Assembly (NCBI GenBank): GCA_011109175.1
Contig: RDEW01000063.1
Location: 162,965 to 226,964, forward strand
Origin: Dicyema japonicum
Taxonomy: Eukaryota > Animalia > Dicyemida
Direction of reading: 5' to 3'
Length of the DNA: 64,000 nucleotides
Both the position numbers and the translations under genes were made by a program. Position 1 is the first letter of the stretch, and every line of letters starts with the position of its first letter. The notes below the pieces were generated by a model. It saw nothing but the letters and a program-made list of their open reading frames with translations. It was not told the origin of the DNA and made no database searches. This document shows positions 25,090-38,300 of the stretch, piece after piece.

Positions 25090-25385
25090 CATTGGTTAGT
25101 TTTGTTCTTCCCAAGTCGTCCCAGTAGTCACGTTGTATGTCACCGCTAAAGCCGAGAGGCTTAGGGGAGAAATACGATGGACATCTTGACCTGACTGGTA
25201 CATGTTCAGTGATCCACTTTACCTAGGTGACGACAATGTCTTATGGTATTCATAAGAATCCATAGAATCCAGTACGAGGTAGGAGCACCGGGAAAGAATG
25301 AGGATTTTGGCGGAGCGCATCGGGATCACGTGATAGTTAGTTTTGGTTTTACCGTGGTCTTGGGTGTTAAATAAATAAATAAATA
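25090..25385 (+). mobile_element. Vingi-like LINE 3' end
   Basis: Ends RILAERIGIT* then ttttaccgtggtcttgggtgtt(aaat)n. Confidence 0.55.
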
Positions 25386-25689
25386 TCTTCATTCTACCGA
25401 GAGACTATTCCGCTCCGTGGCGACGAGTTCTGGCTTAGACCTCACTTGCAGGAGAAATTGCTCTTAATCACTTCGCTGGATGAGGGTTCTCTGGAACGTA
25501 TTGATATCACGGGTCTAGTTAGTTCGTGTTTACCCTTGGTCTTTGGAATAATTCCATGTTGAGCCGTTCCGTGGGTCGCACCTTTTTGAGGCGAGCTTGC
25601 TTCCAATCCTGTGGTGAAAGGCTTCCGTCTTCGTGCCTAAAGCTCCAGTTGTCTCCATAGCAATGAGAGCGAAATGGTAATGGTCATAC

Positions 25690-27830
25690 TTATGGATCTT
25701 CTTAACTTCCGCTTAATCGGCTGCATCTCCAGGAGAATGCGTCGCCGTCAGCAATCTGGCTCCTGAGAAGTGTCCACACTCGTTGCGTCTCAGACGAGTG
25801 ATTTTCCGTGGGAGTATGGGAATAACGTCATTCCATCCGGCTTCTTCCCGTCGCCTCTGTCTAAGCCCAATGGTTCCAATTGGGCAGGAAATTCCGCAGC
25901 CTTGAAGGCTCGAAAAATGATGTCATTGAGGGCTGTATGGCGTGGGGCTCGACCAGCACTCCGTCGGCAAGAGAGTGGAAGTAATCTTTTCGTATCAACA
26001 TCTCCGCTTAAACGGCATTTGTGTCTTTGGCATATGTCCAGTCCTAGGCGTAGTGCCATCCCGATCCTCAAGCTGTTTTCGTCAAAGAGGGTCCCGAAAT
26101 GTGGACAAAATTGGGCCTCGAGCCAGAAACCATTTCCTCGATGTGCGGCCGACTTAATGCTTTTTAGTCGGTGTTGGTTGGCGCTTTTTTTCGCGGCCTC
26201 CAGAGTGCTCATACATGCGATCGAGTCCTAATTCTTCTGGCAAGCGAAGTTCGACGGGAATTCCAAGTCCAACTAACCCCACAACTTGCAAACTCTGTCA
26301 AGCTCTGAGTCCAAGGTATGTCTGGTTGCGTTACGTAGGACTGCTTGGGCCAAGCGACTGCAGCTCGCAAGGGATGAAAAGTAGGCAGGCAGGGCGGCTT
26401 CAAGAAGAGATCTCAACCCAATGCCCTCATTTCTCGCAGGTTGTTTGCACATAGTCCAGCCCAGATCATCGAATTTGACATTCAGTATTGACTCCGCCGA
26501 TCGTCTCAGAGTTCCATCAGCCGACAATAGTGCATTCCGGTGGTTGTTTCCAAAAGGGCAGCCAGGGAAGTGTACCTTGTCCAAGGAGGATATGCTGAAA
26601 CATGAAAGTAGGGATCTGAATTCTTGGCAGGTAGTAGAAAATTTTGGAGATGAGCAGCAAATATTGATCAGTTCCGATTTTATAACATTAACAATTAAAC
26701 CCCATTCGTTTGAAGCTGAATGGTTGAAGAAATATCCTGATGTACGTTCTCCCATGGGCCAGCGATTGTGGCTTCGTCCAAGTCCCACAGGTTGAGTTCA
26801 CATTTTATGCTTCTTGCCACTGAGTCAATTGTCATTGCAAAAAGCAAAGGCCCTAGTGGGTCTCCCTGCTGAACGCCTGTGCGTGAATAAACGATATCGT
26901 TTCCGTAAACGAAGGCTGAGTTCGTCCCATACGATAAGTGTACAAGTCGGCCAATCTCTGGACCTCTCTTCCAACAGGTTTCTAAAATACAGTCTCTCCT
27001 CAGCGTGTTGAAGGCATTTGCTATATCAAGCTTCAGGCCTAGCCTTTGGGTCTGAGAATTATTGCTGTTGAAGTAACTCCTCGCGGCGTGGACTGCTGCC
27101 TCGCAACCGACGGTCACTCCCACCCCAAGTTGAGTCGGAAACAGCTCTTCAGCAACATTGTGGGAGACTTTCCGGGCAGAGATTTTACCAGCAAGCCTTC
27201 GAAAGTATGTACCGATCGCAATTGGGCGGACACCATCTCCTTTTCGGAATGCCAATAGATGTCCACAAAAAAGGTCTCTAGCAAATTTTGGAATATCACC
27301 ATTAACTATTCGAGTGAGCAGCAAAATGATAGACGTTAACAAGGCACGGCCGGCTTCAGCAGTAGCTACAGAGGTTAAGTCCTTTATATGGCTTTGGCGC
27401 AGTCCGTTTAGGCCTCCGCAGCTACTGGGTGCAAAAGACTACTTCAAATTCCGTGGCAGTAAATGCCGGGAGGTCTTCTGGCATTGTCAAGTTCCGCTGG
27501 TTCGGTGGTGGTCCAGGCTGCTTCCTTCTCAATAACTCCAAGACTTCAGGGCACGGCTTTAACAGCGCTTTGTCACAAGACACCACTCTTACAGCTGCGC
27601 GAACGTCCCCTTCCATTAGTTTTCGGTTCACCCTCTCTCGAAATGCTTTAGAATCTTTCTGTTTACTCCCAGCTTCTGTAGACAACTGTTTGCACCGAAA
27701 TACTTGTTCAGGCTCGATTCCAGAGTCTTCCTGCGTTGAAGTGGCCAAAAAGGCAGAAGTATTCATCTTGATTTTTGAGGCCAGTGATCCGTTGCTAGCT
27801 TGATGATTCGGTCGCAACAGTAATTAGAAC
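25690..27830 (-). mobile_element. CRE-clade RLE LINE, frameshifted, both ends incomplete
   Basis: GVRPIAIG, QLGVG...GCEAAVH, KLDIANAFN, GVQQGDPLGPLLF, C.RSAGR.PRH zinc motif, EP.GL.R.DGKKPDG endonuclease. Confidence 0.85.
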
Positions 27831-30800
27831 ATTTGCTGTGAGAATACTCCAATTGCTAGGTTTACAAAATTTATCAATAATAAAAATATACACGTGTTTA
27901 ATAATCAATAAATCAGTGATGAATATGAAAATTTAATCTACAAGTCAACACACTTGAATACAAAATTAAAAACCACTACTACTCGAGTTAAATGACAAGT
28001 CATGTGGCCTGATGTTCATAAAGACATGCACTATCAGCGTCGTTTTTGACAAATCAGCTGATTTGCACGAAAAGACTCTACGCCTTTTATGGAGCCGAGC
28101 AGATCCTACCATCGTCACTCCACTGTCAGAGTCGTGAACCCATGTCTTTAATCGAACCCATGTCTTTCCTGATAGAGATATGAGAACTCAATCTACTAGC
28201 CTCCTTTCCCATTACCCCTTCGCTGCTCTGCCGCTCCCAGCTCTATTGTTGGTTCGGTCTTCTTTAAAGCTTTTAGTTCCCCATTTGTGATTTTTTCTAC
28301 TTGTCACCGTTTTTCAACTCTTTCCTCGCTGATATTTGTACACATCAAACAACTGTTCTTTAAGCGAATGAAAAGACAGATGACGTACGGTCTTTTAGCC
28401 ATTTAACATAGAATTTAACCAACTTGATAAATCTTTAAATTTTTGAACACATTTGAACTTTTTATTGGTTCCGTTGATATAATAATTAGAGACCACACTA
28501 ACTAATGATCCCAGCAAGCTCCAGCAGAGACCTTTAACTTGGCCCGACCGTTTTCCATATACCCCAAATAAGCACGTATACGTGAATCTTCATAGTCAAC
28601 ACGGGAAGTTCTATGGTTCATGCGTATCATAGATTCTAGAGTCATTGAGGCTGGGACTCTCCAAAAGTCATTCCTTTCGTAATTTTAGAGACGTTCTTTC
28701 GGTTATCCTTGATCTCCAAAACATTTTTCCCAAGAAATGAATGGACCCCAGATTAAACATGCATAAGAAATGTGTGGTTCAATGAATTAGTTTTACAACG
28801 TTGTTGAAGATTTAGCATCAACATGAGGGTTATATATTGCCTTGAAGAAGATTGAGTTAAGGGCTCTTTAGCTGATATTTGTAATCAAGGTTTTGTTCCG
28901 TAAATTGATCAACGCATTCACAATTCAACCCTGACACCATATTCGCAGACAAATAAGCAAATAAATTACGAATGTGAATGTTCTGTGGTTTTTATAATTT
29001 TATTTTCACATTTCCTGTCAAACACACAAGATTCAACCGCCAGGATCTTAAAGGAGATTTTCTCATTCAAGTGAGTTACTTCAGACAACTCGAACCGTAT
29101 TCAACACGCGTAAATATAGCTTTTATATATTTGCGAATTGGACAATGACACGGTTACCTTAATGCAGTCAATGTCATCGACTCACGTGACTCGACGTCTA
29201 GCTAAACAAAATCCCCTTAAGGTGATTCATAGTAAAGCAAACCTTCTCATAAATAATAGGCATTTGTTAGAACTGAAAATTGATGAGTCTGTTCAACGGT
29301 GCGAGGCAGAACACAAAGACAAGCTTCGACATACTATCTCCTTGCAAAATCCCCATGTAATTGTAACTTCATTAATATTATCTTTGTTCTAGTAACACTC
29401 CACCTATTTAGGAAGACCTTAACAACTGAATGAAATACAACAAAAGGCTCGCAGGCACTCGATATGTTAGCTATGATCAACTGAATCAAACGCTTTTTGA
29501 CATCCACTCACATACACAGAGGTGAGAGTCAATGAGGTGATCTAAGCCTTCCTCAGTATCGACCTTAACTTGTTCCGATGATTCCTCGTTCCGATACTAT
29601 CGAGAGAGGCTTCAATTGTAGATAAATTTACAAATTTATTTGTTTTATAAATTATTTTACAATATGGCAATTTTAATACAATTGTACATAATTCGTCGTG
29701 TGACGCCACGTGTGTTGTTTTCATCGTCTTTTACTGTTCTACGTTAATATATTTTCTGTTATATATAATATGTCACATGGGCAACATGAAACCTATGGGC
29801 AACCTGTTTTTTTACGTGTTTCCATGGTAACCAGAATATACTACATAATATGACTTTCTTGTAACTTACAAGAACAACATTTAACTAATTCATTAATTCT
29901 AAATAAAAAATTAATTTAAATTGTATTTATTAAATGGCTAACCTGATTTCTTTTAATTTTAATAGCATGGCTTTAGTGATTTTGTATGTCTCAATTTAGC
30001 GGGTATATCAGAGATCTTATCGAATATGACAAAATTAAAAAGATATTATGTGGAATCAATTTTTGGTGTATTTAATTAAGGTACGAATCGCGAAAGATCA
30101 TGGAACTAACCCAGCATTGATGCTTGAAAAGTTTAATCCAACTATTCTGATACTTGCGAAATAGTCTTATCTAATTCACGTGTAGAGGTATTTTTCGAAT
30201 GTATTTATAGGTTGAATTTTCTGATGGATGAAGAAGACCGGTCTTAATGTCAAGACTTAAAAAATAATTGTTTTTTATATTAAATAAATTCCTCATTTTC
30301 GGCTGTGAATCTACAACAACCTAGTAACAAATAAGAAGGATCAATCATTATTGCATTATTGGGCGTTTTTTGGACCCACTCTTGTCTTCCCCTTATTCAC
30401 TTGAATCACCTATACTACATTTCTTTGTTTACACTATGATCGAACTAGAACTATGATTGAGGACACTTGTCGCCTTTTCGAGTAATATAATTTCTAGTCC
30501 AACCTACAGTGCAGGTGAACAGTCTCGCGAAGCCAACACAACATCATCCGCATAGGAAAGTAGAACAGGATTATCAGATGATATAAGTAAGACTAATTAA
30601 TTTCTATTCTTTCCCACAGAATAAAGATTTGACTACAGAACAATGATTCTAAACTAATCTCACCATGCCAGAACTAGTTGCTTGAGCTGGACTAACGATT
30701 AAGTCATCCCTGTGGCTCGCCGTTAGGAGAAATTTATAGCCGGAAGATGTGAAGTCCCTAGTATACTTCCTCTCTGTCTGCTGAAATATAGTATGGATTC

Positions 30801-31399
30801 TAATGTCCCAATTCGCATAGTTATGATCTTTTTATAAAACCTTGTTTGATTTCTCATTTTGTCTCGGTTAGTTCTTTTGACCACATTTTGTTCCCACTAA
30901 GAATGATCTCCAACTTAGGAAACCGACTGAATGTACGTTTTCATTGAGACACCAATCGATAGGAGGCATTGTTTAATTAGGGTTAGAAATAATTGAGAAT
31001 ATATAACAGCGTCAAAGTTATTTTAAGTGGCATAAATGATACACAAATACTCTCACCAATAAAACACGATTTTGAAAAATATGTATTTTTATAATTTTAA
31101 AACTTTTTTTCAAAAGAAACAATTTATTAAAATAAATTAAATTTGTTATGAAAGCTCTCCTTATGGGTACGCATGGGAGTTACCTCTCATAATCGCGAAC
31201 CTAACGTTCACCCTTCAAGCCATCCAATTAACCTGATAAAATCTGAAATGCTCGTGCCAGTCACAGCAAACTTCTCAACGGAGATCGGCTGGAAAACGAA
31301 CCACTCCACGATGGTACTTCATCCTTTTCATATATTTGGCAGTCACTCTGCAAAACCCGCGTGCAACGAGGAATATATAAACCCATTAGAGAAAGTGTC

Positions 31400-31830
31400 T
31401 ATGTAAGTTGAATCCCAATAATAAATCTCCTTCGGGTTGTTGCGCCATTTAGGTTCTTTCTATCATCTCTCTCAAGACCAACGGCTAACAAGAGGAAGCG
31501 AGCCCTGCGTATTCGATAGCTCTCATGACAGTCGCGTTTAATGTAGTGTACGAAGGAATCTTCCTGAGTTCCCTCTGTATGAGTTTTCCAAGTAGAACCC
31601 ACCACATCGGCATCAGCTTTCAAGTAGACGCCTAGGTCTAGCCGAAGAGCAACTCCAACGGGGATTATATTCCTGTCAAGCTAAGTACCGACTGCCGTAT
31701 CGGGAAGGCATTGAGCCAGGATCCAGAATTCTCAGCAACGCTGCATTCAGAACTCGGCTACGATGGGTATTTGCGGATTGTTTAAGTCCATTAAGCTTTT
31801 TTCACAAAGGATTTCATCCCAGAGGTGATT
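31400..31830 (-). mobile_element. CRE-like LINE C-terminal fragment
   Basis: SGSWLNAFP, LRLDL, VGLERDDRKNLNG. Confidence 0.6.
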
Positions 31831-31991
31831 CTATCGAATTAAAAAATTAAAACTTTATAGTTATTTGAGCGAATATCTACACAATTTTGAAAAGAAATAC
31901 CCGCGCAGCCAGTGTGGCCACTGTATGGACCTCTGATTGATTTCTTTTAGGGTAATAAATTGCTTTTTGTGGGCATACACAAAAATCTGGA

Positions 31992-32060
31992 GCAGACATC
32001 CTAGTGGTTAGTGCTGTCCTTTGCGTATCACATAGCGTGAGTTCGTTCCTCTCACAGGTA
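31992..32060 (+). other. Degenerate tRNA-like/SINE head
   Basis: ctagtggttag A-box-like and gagttcgttcc B-box-like; cloverleaf imperfect. Confidence 0.3.
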
Positions 32061-32441
32061 AGGAGTGATTTTCAGCCTCTTGACAGATATCTCTTTAATA
32101 TTAAATAAAGGATAATCATTTGTTTTATTGGTCAGAAGATTAAGATGGTCTCTTCTAGATAATACATCAACTCGGACCCCTATTTATTGTGTGGCTTGTA
32201 GAAATGATGGAATGTATGAGCAGATTGGAGGAACTTTGAAGAATCTACTATACGAGAGAACAAGAGCATGCGAGTATGTTATCAATATGACAATGGTATG
32301 TGAGTTGAATTCCCCTTTTTGATCATAAACTTCTTGTTCTATTTTCAATTCCTTCTTTTCATTAGCCTTGCGTCATGAATCCGCTTGCTTCAACAAGCAC
32401 ACAATACTATGACATCATGCACCAAAGAAAATCATTTACTA

Positions 32442-32615
32442 ATAATAATAATAATAAAAGCCTTTTCACGAGAGCCATAGTATTTTATAGCTCCGCATAG
32501 GCAGGACATACACTTTATTTAAGTAAAGAACAGTTAATTTTAACTAATCGTAAAACCAAGGAATGATCTTCACTTCTTTTTTTTTCTTTTTCTTGTGTGA
32601 GTGTCACACCCATAT
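32442..32615 (-). mobile_element. 5'-truncated SINE with 13-bp TSD
   Basis: Matches 46850-46965; trinucleotide tail; aaatcatttacta at 32429-32441 and 32616-32628. Confidence 0.75.
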
Positions 32616-32749
32616 AAATCATTTACTATTTAAATAAATAATTATTTAAATAAATAAATAAGTATAATAAATAAATAATTTACTATTTGATGACTTTGGT
32701 AATTTTCGTTACTTTTTCATTCTCCTTAAAGCGGTTTTTAAAAAATTGA

Positions 32750-33480
32750 CAACTTTTTAGTGGAGAGTGTTATATCCCCCTCTGTAGAAATGTCTATAAG
32801 ACAAATTCACTAGAGGAAATCTTCCGAATTAGTAAAACTAGTGTACTTAATGAAACTTTAAATATTGTCATAAAAATTATAAATAAAATCCAACAGAAAA
32901 TATGCCCGCTTATTCAATATTTTTTGAATTGACGCGGAAAAAACGTGCATACGTATTATTCCCTTAAAAATGAAATTGACTTAGGTTCGCCGTTATCAAA
33001 GGGAATTGCATTGAACAGATTTGTCACTTTTTATGTACATTTGTTGAATTTCTGAAATTAGGAGATGATAGCAACGATTTTAATGCATCGCAAAATTTTT
33101 TTTGATTTGGCTTTTTTCGAAACTTAATGAGGTTAGTAGAAATTAGACTACTTTTAGGTATCTTTGATGTCACAAAGTAATCATGTAACAATAATAAAAA
33201 ATGTTGAAAGAATAATAAAATCTTTTTTGATAAAATCTAAATTTTTAATATTTTTAATGGAAGATTGATCATTCAAATCCATAGTTTTAAACTCTGATGC
33301 CGAATTAGAGAGATCTCAAAAAATAACACATTTTATGAAATTAACTTTCAGAAAATCTCAATTTCTCAGTTTTGGCAGAATTTGAAGATTAAAATTTGTA
33401 ATTCGATCTCTCAGATAATCTTTACTTTCAGACTTCATATCTTTTTGAAAGTGGATTCAGCTCACTTAATTATTTATTAA
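32750..33480 (+). mobile_element. hAT (Buster/Charlie-like) transposase fossil
   Basis: LNETLNIVIKIINKI...LSKGIALNRFVTF...FSKLNEV, with several stops. Confidence 0.5.
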
Positions 33481-34339
33481 AAAGTGAGCGAAATAAATTA
33501 AAAGTTTGTGATGTTCGACTTCATTTAAGTCAAATCAAGCCTGATATGAATTGTTGGCTTAAAGTCATCACTAATGGCTCATTAAGAACATTGGCTTTGA
33601 ACTATTCTGGACTAGATCAGTTGCTCAGAGTCGCTGTAGACAGAAAAAATGTACATAAAGCAGATAAAGGATGAAATATTTGGATTTTGTGGAGGATCCA
33701 GTATCGACGAAGGCTTGCTTCGACGAGATGCGAGCGTTGTCGAGAAAATTAAATTAAAAATATGAAATTTAAAAAATTTTCACTTGATGTTAAAATATGT
33801 CACAGTTCAGAGCTACCAGAACTGCGAGGTTTTAAAAATATTAATATTTGTTAATAAAAAAAATACATTTCTGAAGTTTTATTCATTAAATATCTGAAAT
33901 TATTAATTTTTTCCATATTATTTTGGAGATCGTGATCTTCTGCAAACCAACATCCCATCAAAATTATTGATTGAATGTAGCATGTTTTCATTTTATTTGG
34001 AAAATGGTTGACCAAACTATTTTTTACAATAAAATTTATAAAACATTTTTTTTAATTTTTATATTCATTATTCGTATTATTTAAAAAAGAATCACCTGCA
34101 ATTCTATTCATCCTATCATTTCTCCTCTTTGAGATGAGCCGATTCTGTTAAGCATGGTCAGTGACCTGCTTCCTTTAATTCATGACGTTTCCACGGCGAC
34201 TGGTTCAAAATGAACTGTCCATCGAAAAATTTGTACTTTTTTCATCTTTAAGGTCTCAACTTTTTCTGATACAGAGCCTAGTTGCAGTCATATCAAGGTT
34301 GGGGGAGGGAGGCAATCCACACAGTTTTATCTTCTAGTT

Positions 34340-34700
34340 AATTATTAGTAGGAGTTCAGGATTTCGGTTTTCATCCGAAAGCCATCGATTCTGTTTTCCA
34401 CCACCTTATGAATCGAGTTAAGTAGTTTACCCTCTTCCTCGCTCAAATCATCGATGCCCACTGCCATCTTAATTTCCGCTCTTCTTTTTACTCTATAAAC
34501 GAAAATATCTTGTCTTTCTTTGTTGAGAAGTATCATCCCTCACACCCATATAGTAAGCTAGGGAAAATAATCCCCGGGAAGATAAACAGGAAAGTCTCCT
34601 TGTAGACTTGTAATTTGCGGGTACATAAAAGGCCCTGGAAAGATATTTTCTTTCTTACTTTAATGTCATTAAAGAATGTGTCTTCGTGATCGATTGTGAC
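34340..34700 (-). mobile_element. LINE RT C-terminal fragment related to 41240-43330
   Basis: FLFIFPGIIFPSLLYGCEG, RRAEIKMA. Confidence 0.55.
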
Positions 34701-34759
34701 CCAAAGTAACTGAGTGACCACACTCTCGTTACTCCCACTGTGTATAGCTGATCATGGTG

Positions 34760-35070
34760 CCGTCTAAACCGACTTATCCTCATTGAGTTAGAGTTTTCCG
34801 TAGAGCTTCAGCTGTCAGGTGATCCTGGCCTCCTTAAACAGTCGTCTCATCTTGGTCCGAGAACCGACGCACTTCTGTATATACGAGACATTTTTGGGAA
34901 TTTCGGAGCTGTCAATAGGTCTCCCGTTCTCCCCACTAGTTCTTCGAAAGGAGTTGGAATTATCGGGGACGAGAAAAACCTTTATACGGTCCCTATGACT
35001 GTTGTTTGAAAGACATTAATCTTCTTCAGGTTCGTATTGAACAGGAGTGTCCCCCATGCAGCACAGTAAA
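34760..35070 (-). mobile_element. Vingi-like LINE 3' fragment
   Basis: Ends MRRLFKEARIT*. Confidence 0.45.
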
Positions 35071-35738
35071 CTGATTGTCGGTTGTATGTATTATAGTGAG
35101 TTTAGAGTAGAGTAGAAACAATTTTTGTAGTATTCAGGAAGTGTTCTACAAAGTTTAGTTTTTGTAGAGAAGAAAATGTGACGGTGCTAACTATTTATTG
35201 AATGACATGAGGGGGTCTTAAAGATACCCTATAACTCGATAGAGTTTGGAGGGAATTAAGTCTCCATGAAGAGTAAAAAGAGGTTGTTAGTCTTCTATTT
35301 GTTGTAAAAATCATTGTGCAAGACTTCTAGTTGTAGTAAAACCTTATAAAATAAGTTCCTCAATTATCGCAAATGATTACCTACATCTCCAATAAGCATT
35401 TTCAAAATAGTGTTCTTCTTGCAAAATGATTTTAATGTATATTTTATACTATATAATATTTAAATGCTATTTTATATTAAATTGTTATTTTTATTTTAAT
35501 AATTACATCTTTTTGCATATTTAAAAAAAATCTTACTCGCTTAATCATATATTCTGTTTGTGGCTTTTGTCTATAAATGATAAAATAATTAAAAACGGAT
35601 ATAAAACGTCTTTTTCAATTTCAATGGACTGATACTTTTGCCAGCATATCAAGCTCAGAGTACCTTCAAAAATGTCTCCTTTTCCACGATCATTCAACCA
35701 GAGAAAAAATTTAATGATATTTTATTATTCTTAATTTC

Positions 35739-35992
35739 ATGGAAGAATACTTCGATACGTCAGGGGAGAAGTTCAGAGGTCGTCCAAGAATAACTTTTCC
35801 GGAAGTCCTTAATGGTGACCTGAGATCAGTAACCAGACAACTAAAGGACGGTAAAGACCTTAGTAGTCTGCGGCACTTGGCTTCGGACAGGAGGGGATGG
35901 GAAAGGCTAATTAAAAGGATTGTTCAGACGCGGCACGAATAGAATTATAGTTTATATGATTCTATGTAGTTGCTTATAATAATAATAATAAT
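35739..35992 (+). mobile_element. RTE-like LINE 3' end
   Basis: RGRPRIT...LASDRRGW motif, (TAA)n tail. Confidence 0.75.
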
Positions 35993-36114
35993 TAACAAAA
36001 AACTCTATTAATATTTAAAAATAAAAAAAAACATCATTTTATTTCTGCACGTTGTTGTTAGCTTCAAGTTGAGCTTGGATGAGTTGCGTAAGATAATTGA
36101 ATATCTAGAAAATG

Positions 36115-37475
36115 GATACTAAGAAATTTGTGACAGGCTAAATGTTAAACATATATTTGGACGACCAAGAGCACCATGGGTTCAAGGACAGGTAGAGAGG
36201 TATCATTTATATAATGTATAGGCTTTATCAATCTCTTAAAAATGGTTAACTGATTAGGATCGATGTTATGCATTGATTATGGTGGATGTTGAAGATTGCT
36301 TAGGGATGGTTGTCAAAGATAATGTAGAGTACCAACTTCTGAAACCCATCCTTAATGATGAAGATGTGAATTTTGCGAAACAATTGAGGTACCGAATAAA
36401 AAGAAAGCTGAATTTTTTGTTATTGATGAAAAGCTTTATTTGAAAGCTGTTAACGGATTTTACAAACTTGTGATACCCTCAACTAGTAAAGAAGAAATGA
36501 GGATTCACCAGACAAATCACTGTGGACATAACGCTCTGAATGCGCCTTGTCGTCTGCGCTACTAAAAGAACTGTTATTAAAAGACTGCAAGTTTGCAGTG
36601 CATAGAAATAATTTGACTATCATAGTCATATTTTTCAGATTTACCTAATGAGAGATTTCAAGTTGATCTGATTGATCTTGAAAGGTATAGATCACTGGGT
36701 TATTTGTGAAGAGTTGAAAGTCAAAATGATCATATTTCTTTGTTGTTGTCAGTTATGAACGGCCATGTTAGAAAATTGTGTGAGGATCACATAATTACTC
36801 AAATCCATGGAAGACCTAACAATCCCCAAAATCAAGGGATCGTTGAAAGATTCAACCAGACGATCTCACGGAGTTTATCGAAAATGATGGTTTCGGATGA
36901 CAGGAAAGAGTGGATAAAGCACATTCGAAAGGCTGTGTTTTTATACAATCAAACGCCTCACTCACTCACAGGTAAAATTGTGCTTTTATTTTTTTGTAGG
37001 TGTTAGTCCGTTTCAGAGATATCGAGGGATTCTACAAATCCATTGTTAAAAATACTGTAACGGAGACAGGCGGTGAAGAAACCTGGAAAGTGTAGATAAT
37101 ATTGCTGAATTAACAGAGCCAGACGGTAAGGACAGCCCCGAAACATATAGTAAAGGTTTTTTGTCTATAATTATACAAAAGGTGATTTTCCTCGGTAGAC
37201 TTGAATTCTCCTTACTATAAAAGGATGAATAGAAAGATGGGAGTGCATCGATCGAAATATGAATTTAACATAATAGTTATTCAATTTATAATTACTTAAA
37301 AGGTTCGTATTCAGAAGGACTATGGAATTAATCTTCACTACGTATGCAAAGGTTTGAGCATTCCTACGGAGATGTTGTCACTATTGTTGCAAAATTGTCT
37401 GACAATTTTGTGAACGTTAAAGATAGTGAGGGAATTGTGAAGAAGGTGCATTCTAAACGCCTTAAAAATATAATT
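36115..37475 (+). mobile_element. Ginger-like DDE transposase fragments (two different members) with tiny introns
   Basis: GRPRAPWVQGQVER|22-nt intron 36200-36221; ERFQVDLID; HGRPNNPQNQGIVERFNQT; HSLT|28-nt intron 36972-36999|GVSPF. Confidence 0.7.
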
Positions 37476-37924
37476 ATCAATAATTAGTTTATGTTTGCTT
37501 TGAAATAATTGATTATTTTATTTTTTGACATTGATTTCAGCTATCAAGGTAACGTCTGTGGCTCGCGACATAATACCATATTTTGAGGGTTTATCAGGAA
37601 ACATGTTATAAAAGAAATACGAGAATGTATGGAAAAGCTAGAAGAAATGATATGCAATGCATCGCCGTCTGCACTTAATTACTACTACGACTTTAGACTT
37701 AAAAAACAAAAATCTCGAATGCCCCACCAAGGGTTCGACTGTATATAGTAATTTGGGATTGTGTCAAACTGGTTAGTTAGTAAAGCACAGTCGCGTTACC
37801 AGTAAACACTGTTTATCGCTTCGCTTGTGCCATGTTTTTAGATTATCCTTTCTGTTAGTCTTCTCCATTTTTTTGCTGTCGTGCTCGTTTCATGATTCCG
37901 TCCAGATCGTCCCCATGTTAAACT

Positions 37925-38300
37925 ATGCAATGCTGGGAAGTACCTGGCCTGGGATGCCACATGCGTAGATAGCTTCTCCCCTTCCAATATTACAATGAGT
38001 GCGACAAATCCAGGCTCAGCTGCAGAGAAAGCAGAAATACTTAAAGCAAAGAAGTACACATGCCTCGGCGAGCAGTACACATTTGAACCAGTCGCAGTCG
38101 AAACTTCGGGAGTCATAGGAAGCAGGTCGTTAGCCCTGCTCAACAAAATTGGATCGTTAGTCGCTAAAAGGAGGAGGGATGTCAGAGAGAAGGGCTGGCT
38201 TATTGAGCGCATCTCCTTACAGATCGTAAGGGGAAATGCGCTCTCAATCCTGAGTGCAGCCAGTAGCCTTTAACTATTTGGTTTTATTTTTCAATAAATT
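37925..38300 (+). mobile_element. CRE-like LINE 3' end (RLE domain)
   Basis: GKYLAWDATCVDS...AEKAEILKAKKY...FEPVAVETSG...ERISLQIVRGNA. Confidence 0.8.

Noticed and set aside
25770-27803. Long plus-strand ORFs over the CRE element (and over 11128-12116)
   Set aside because: Antisense shadows of GC-richer retrotransposon coding sequence
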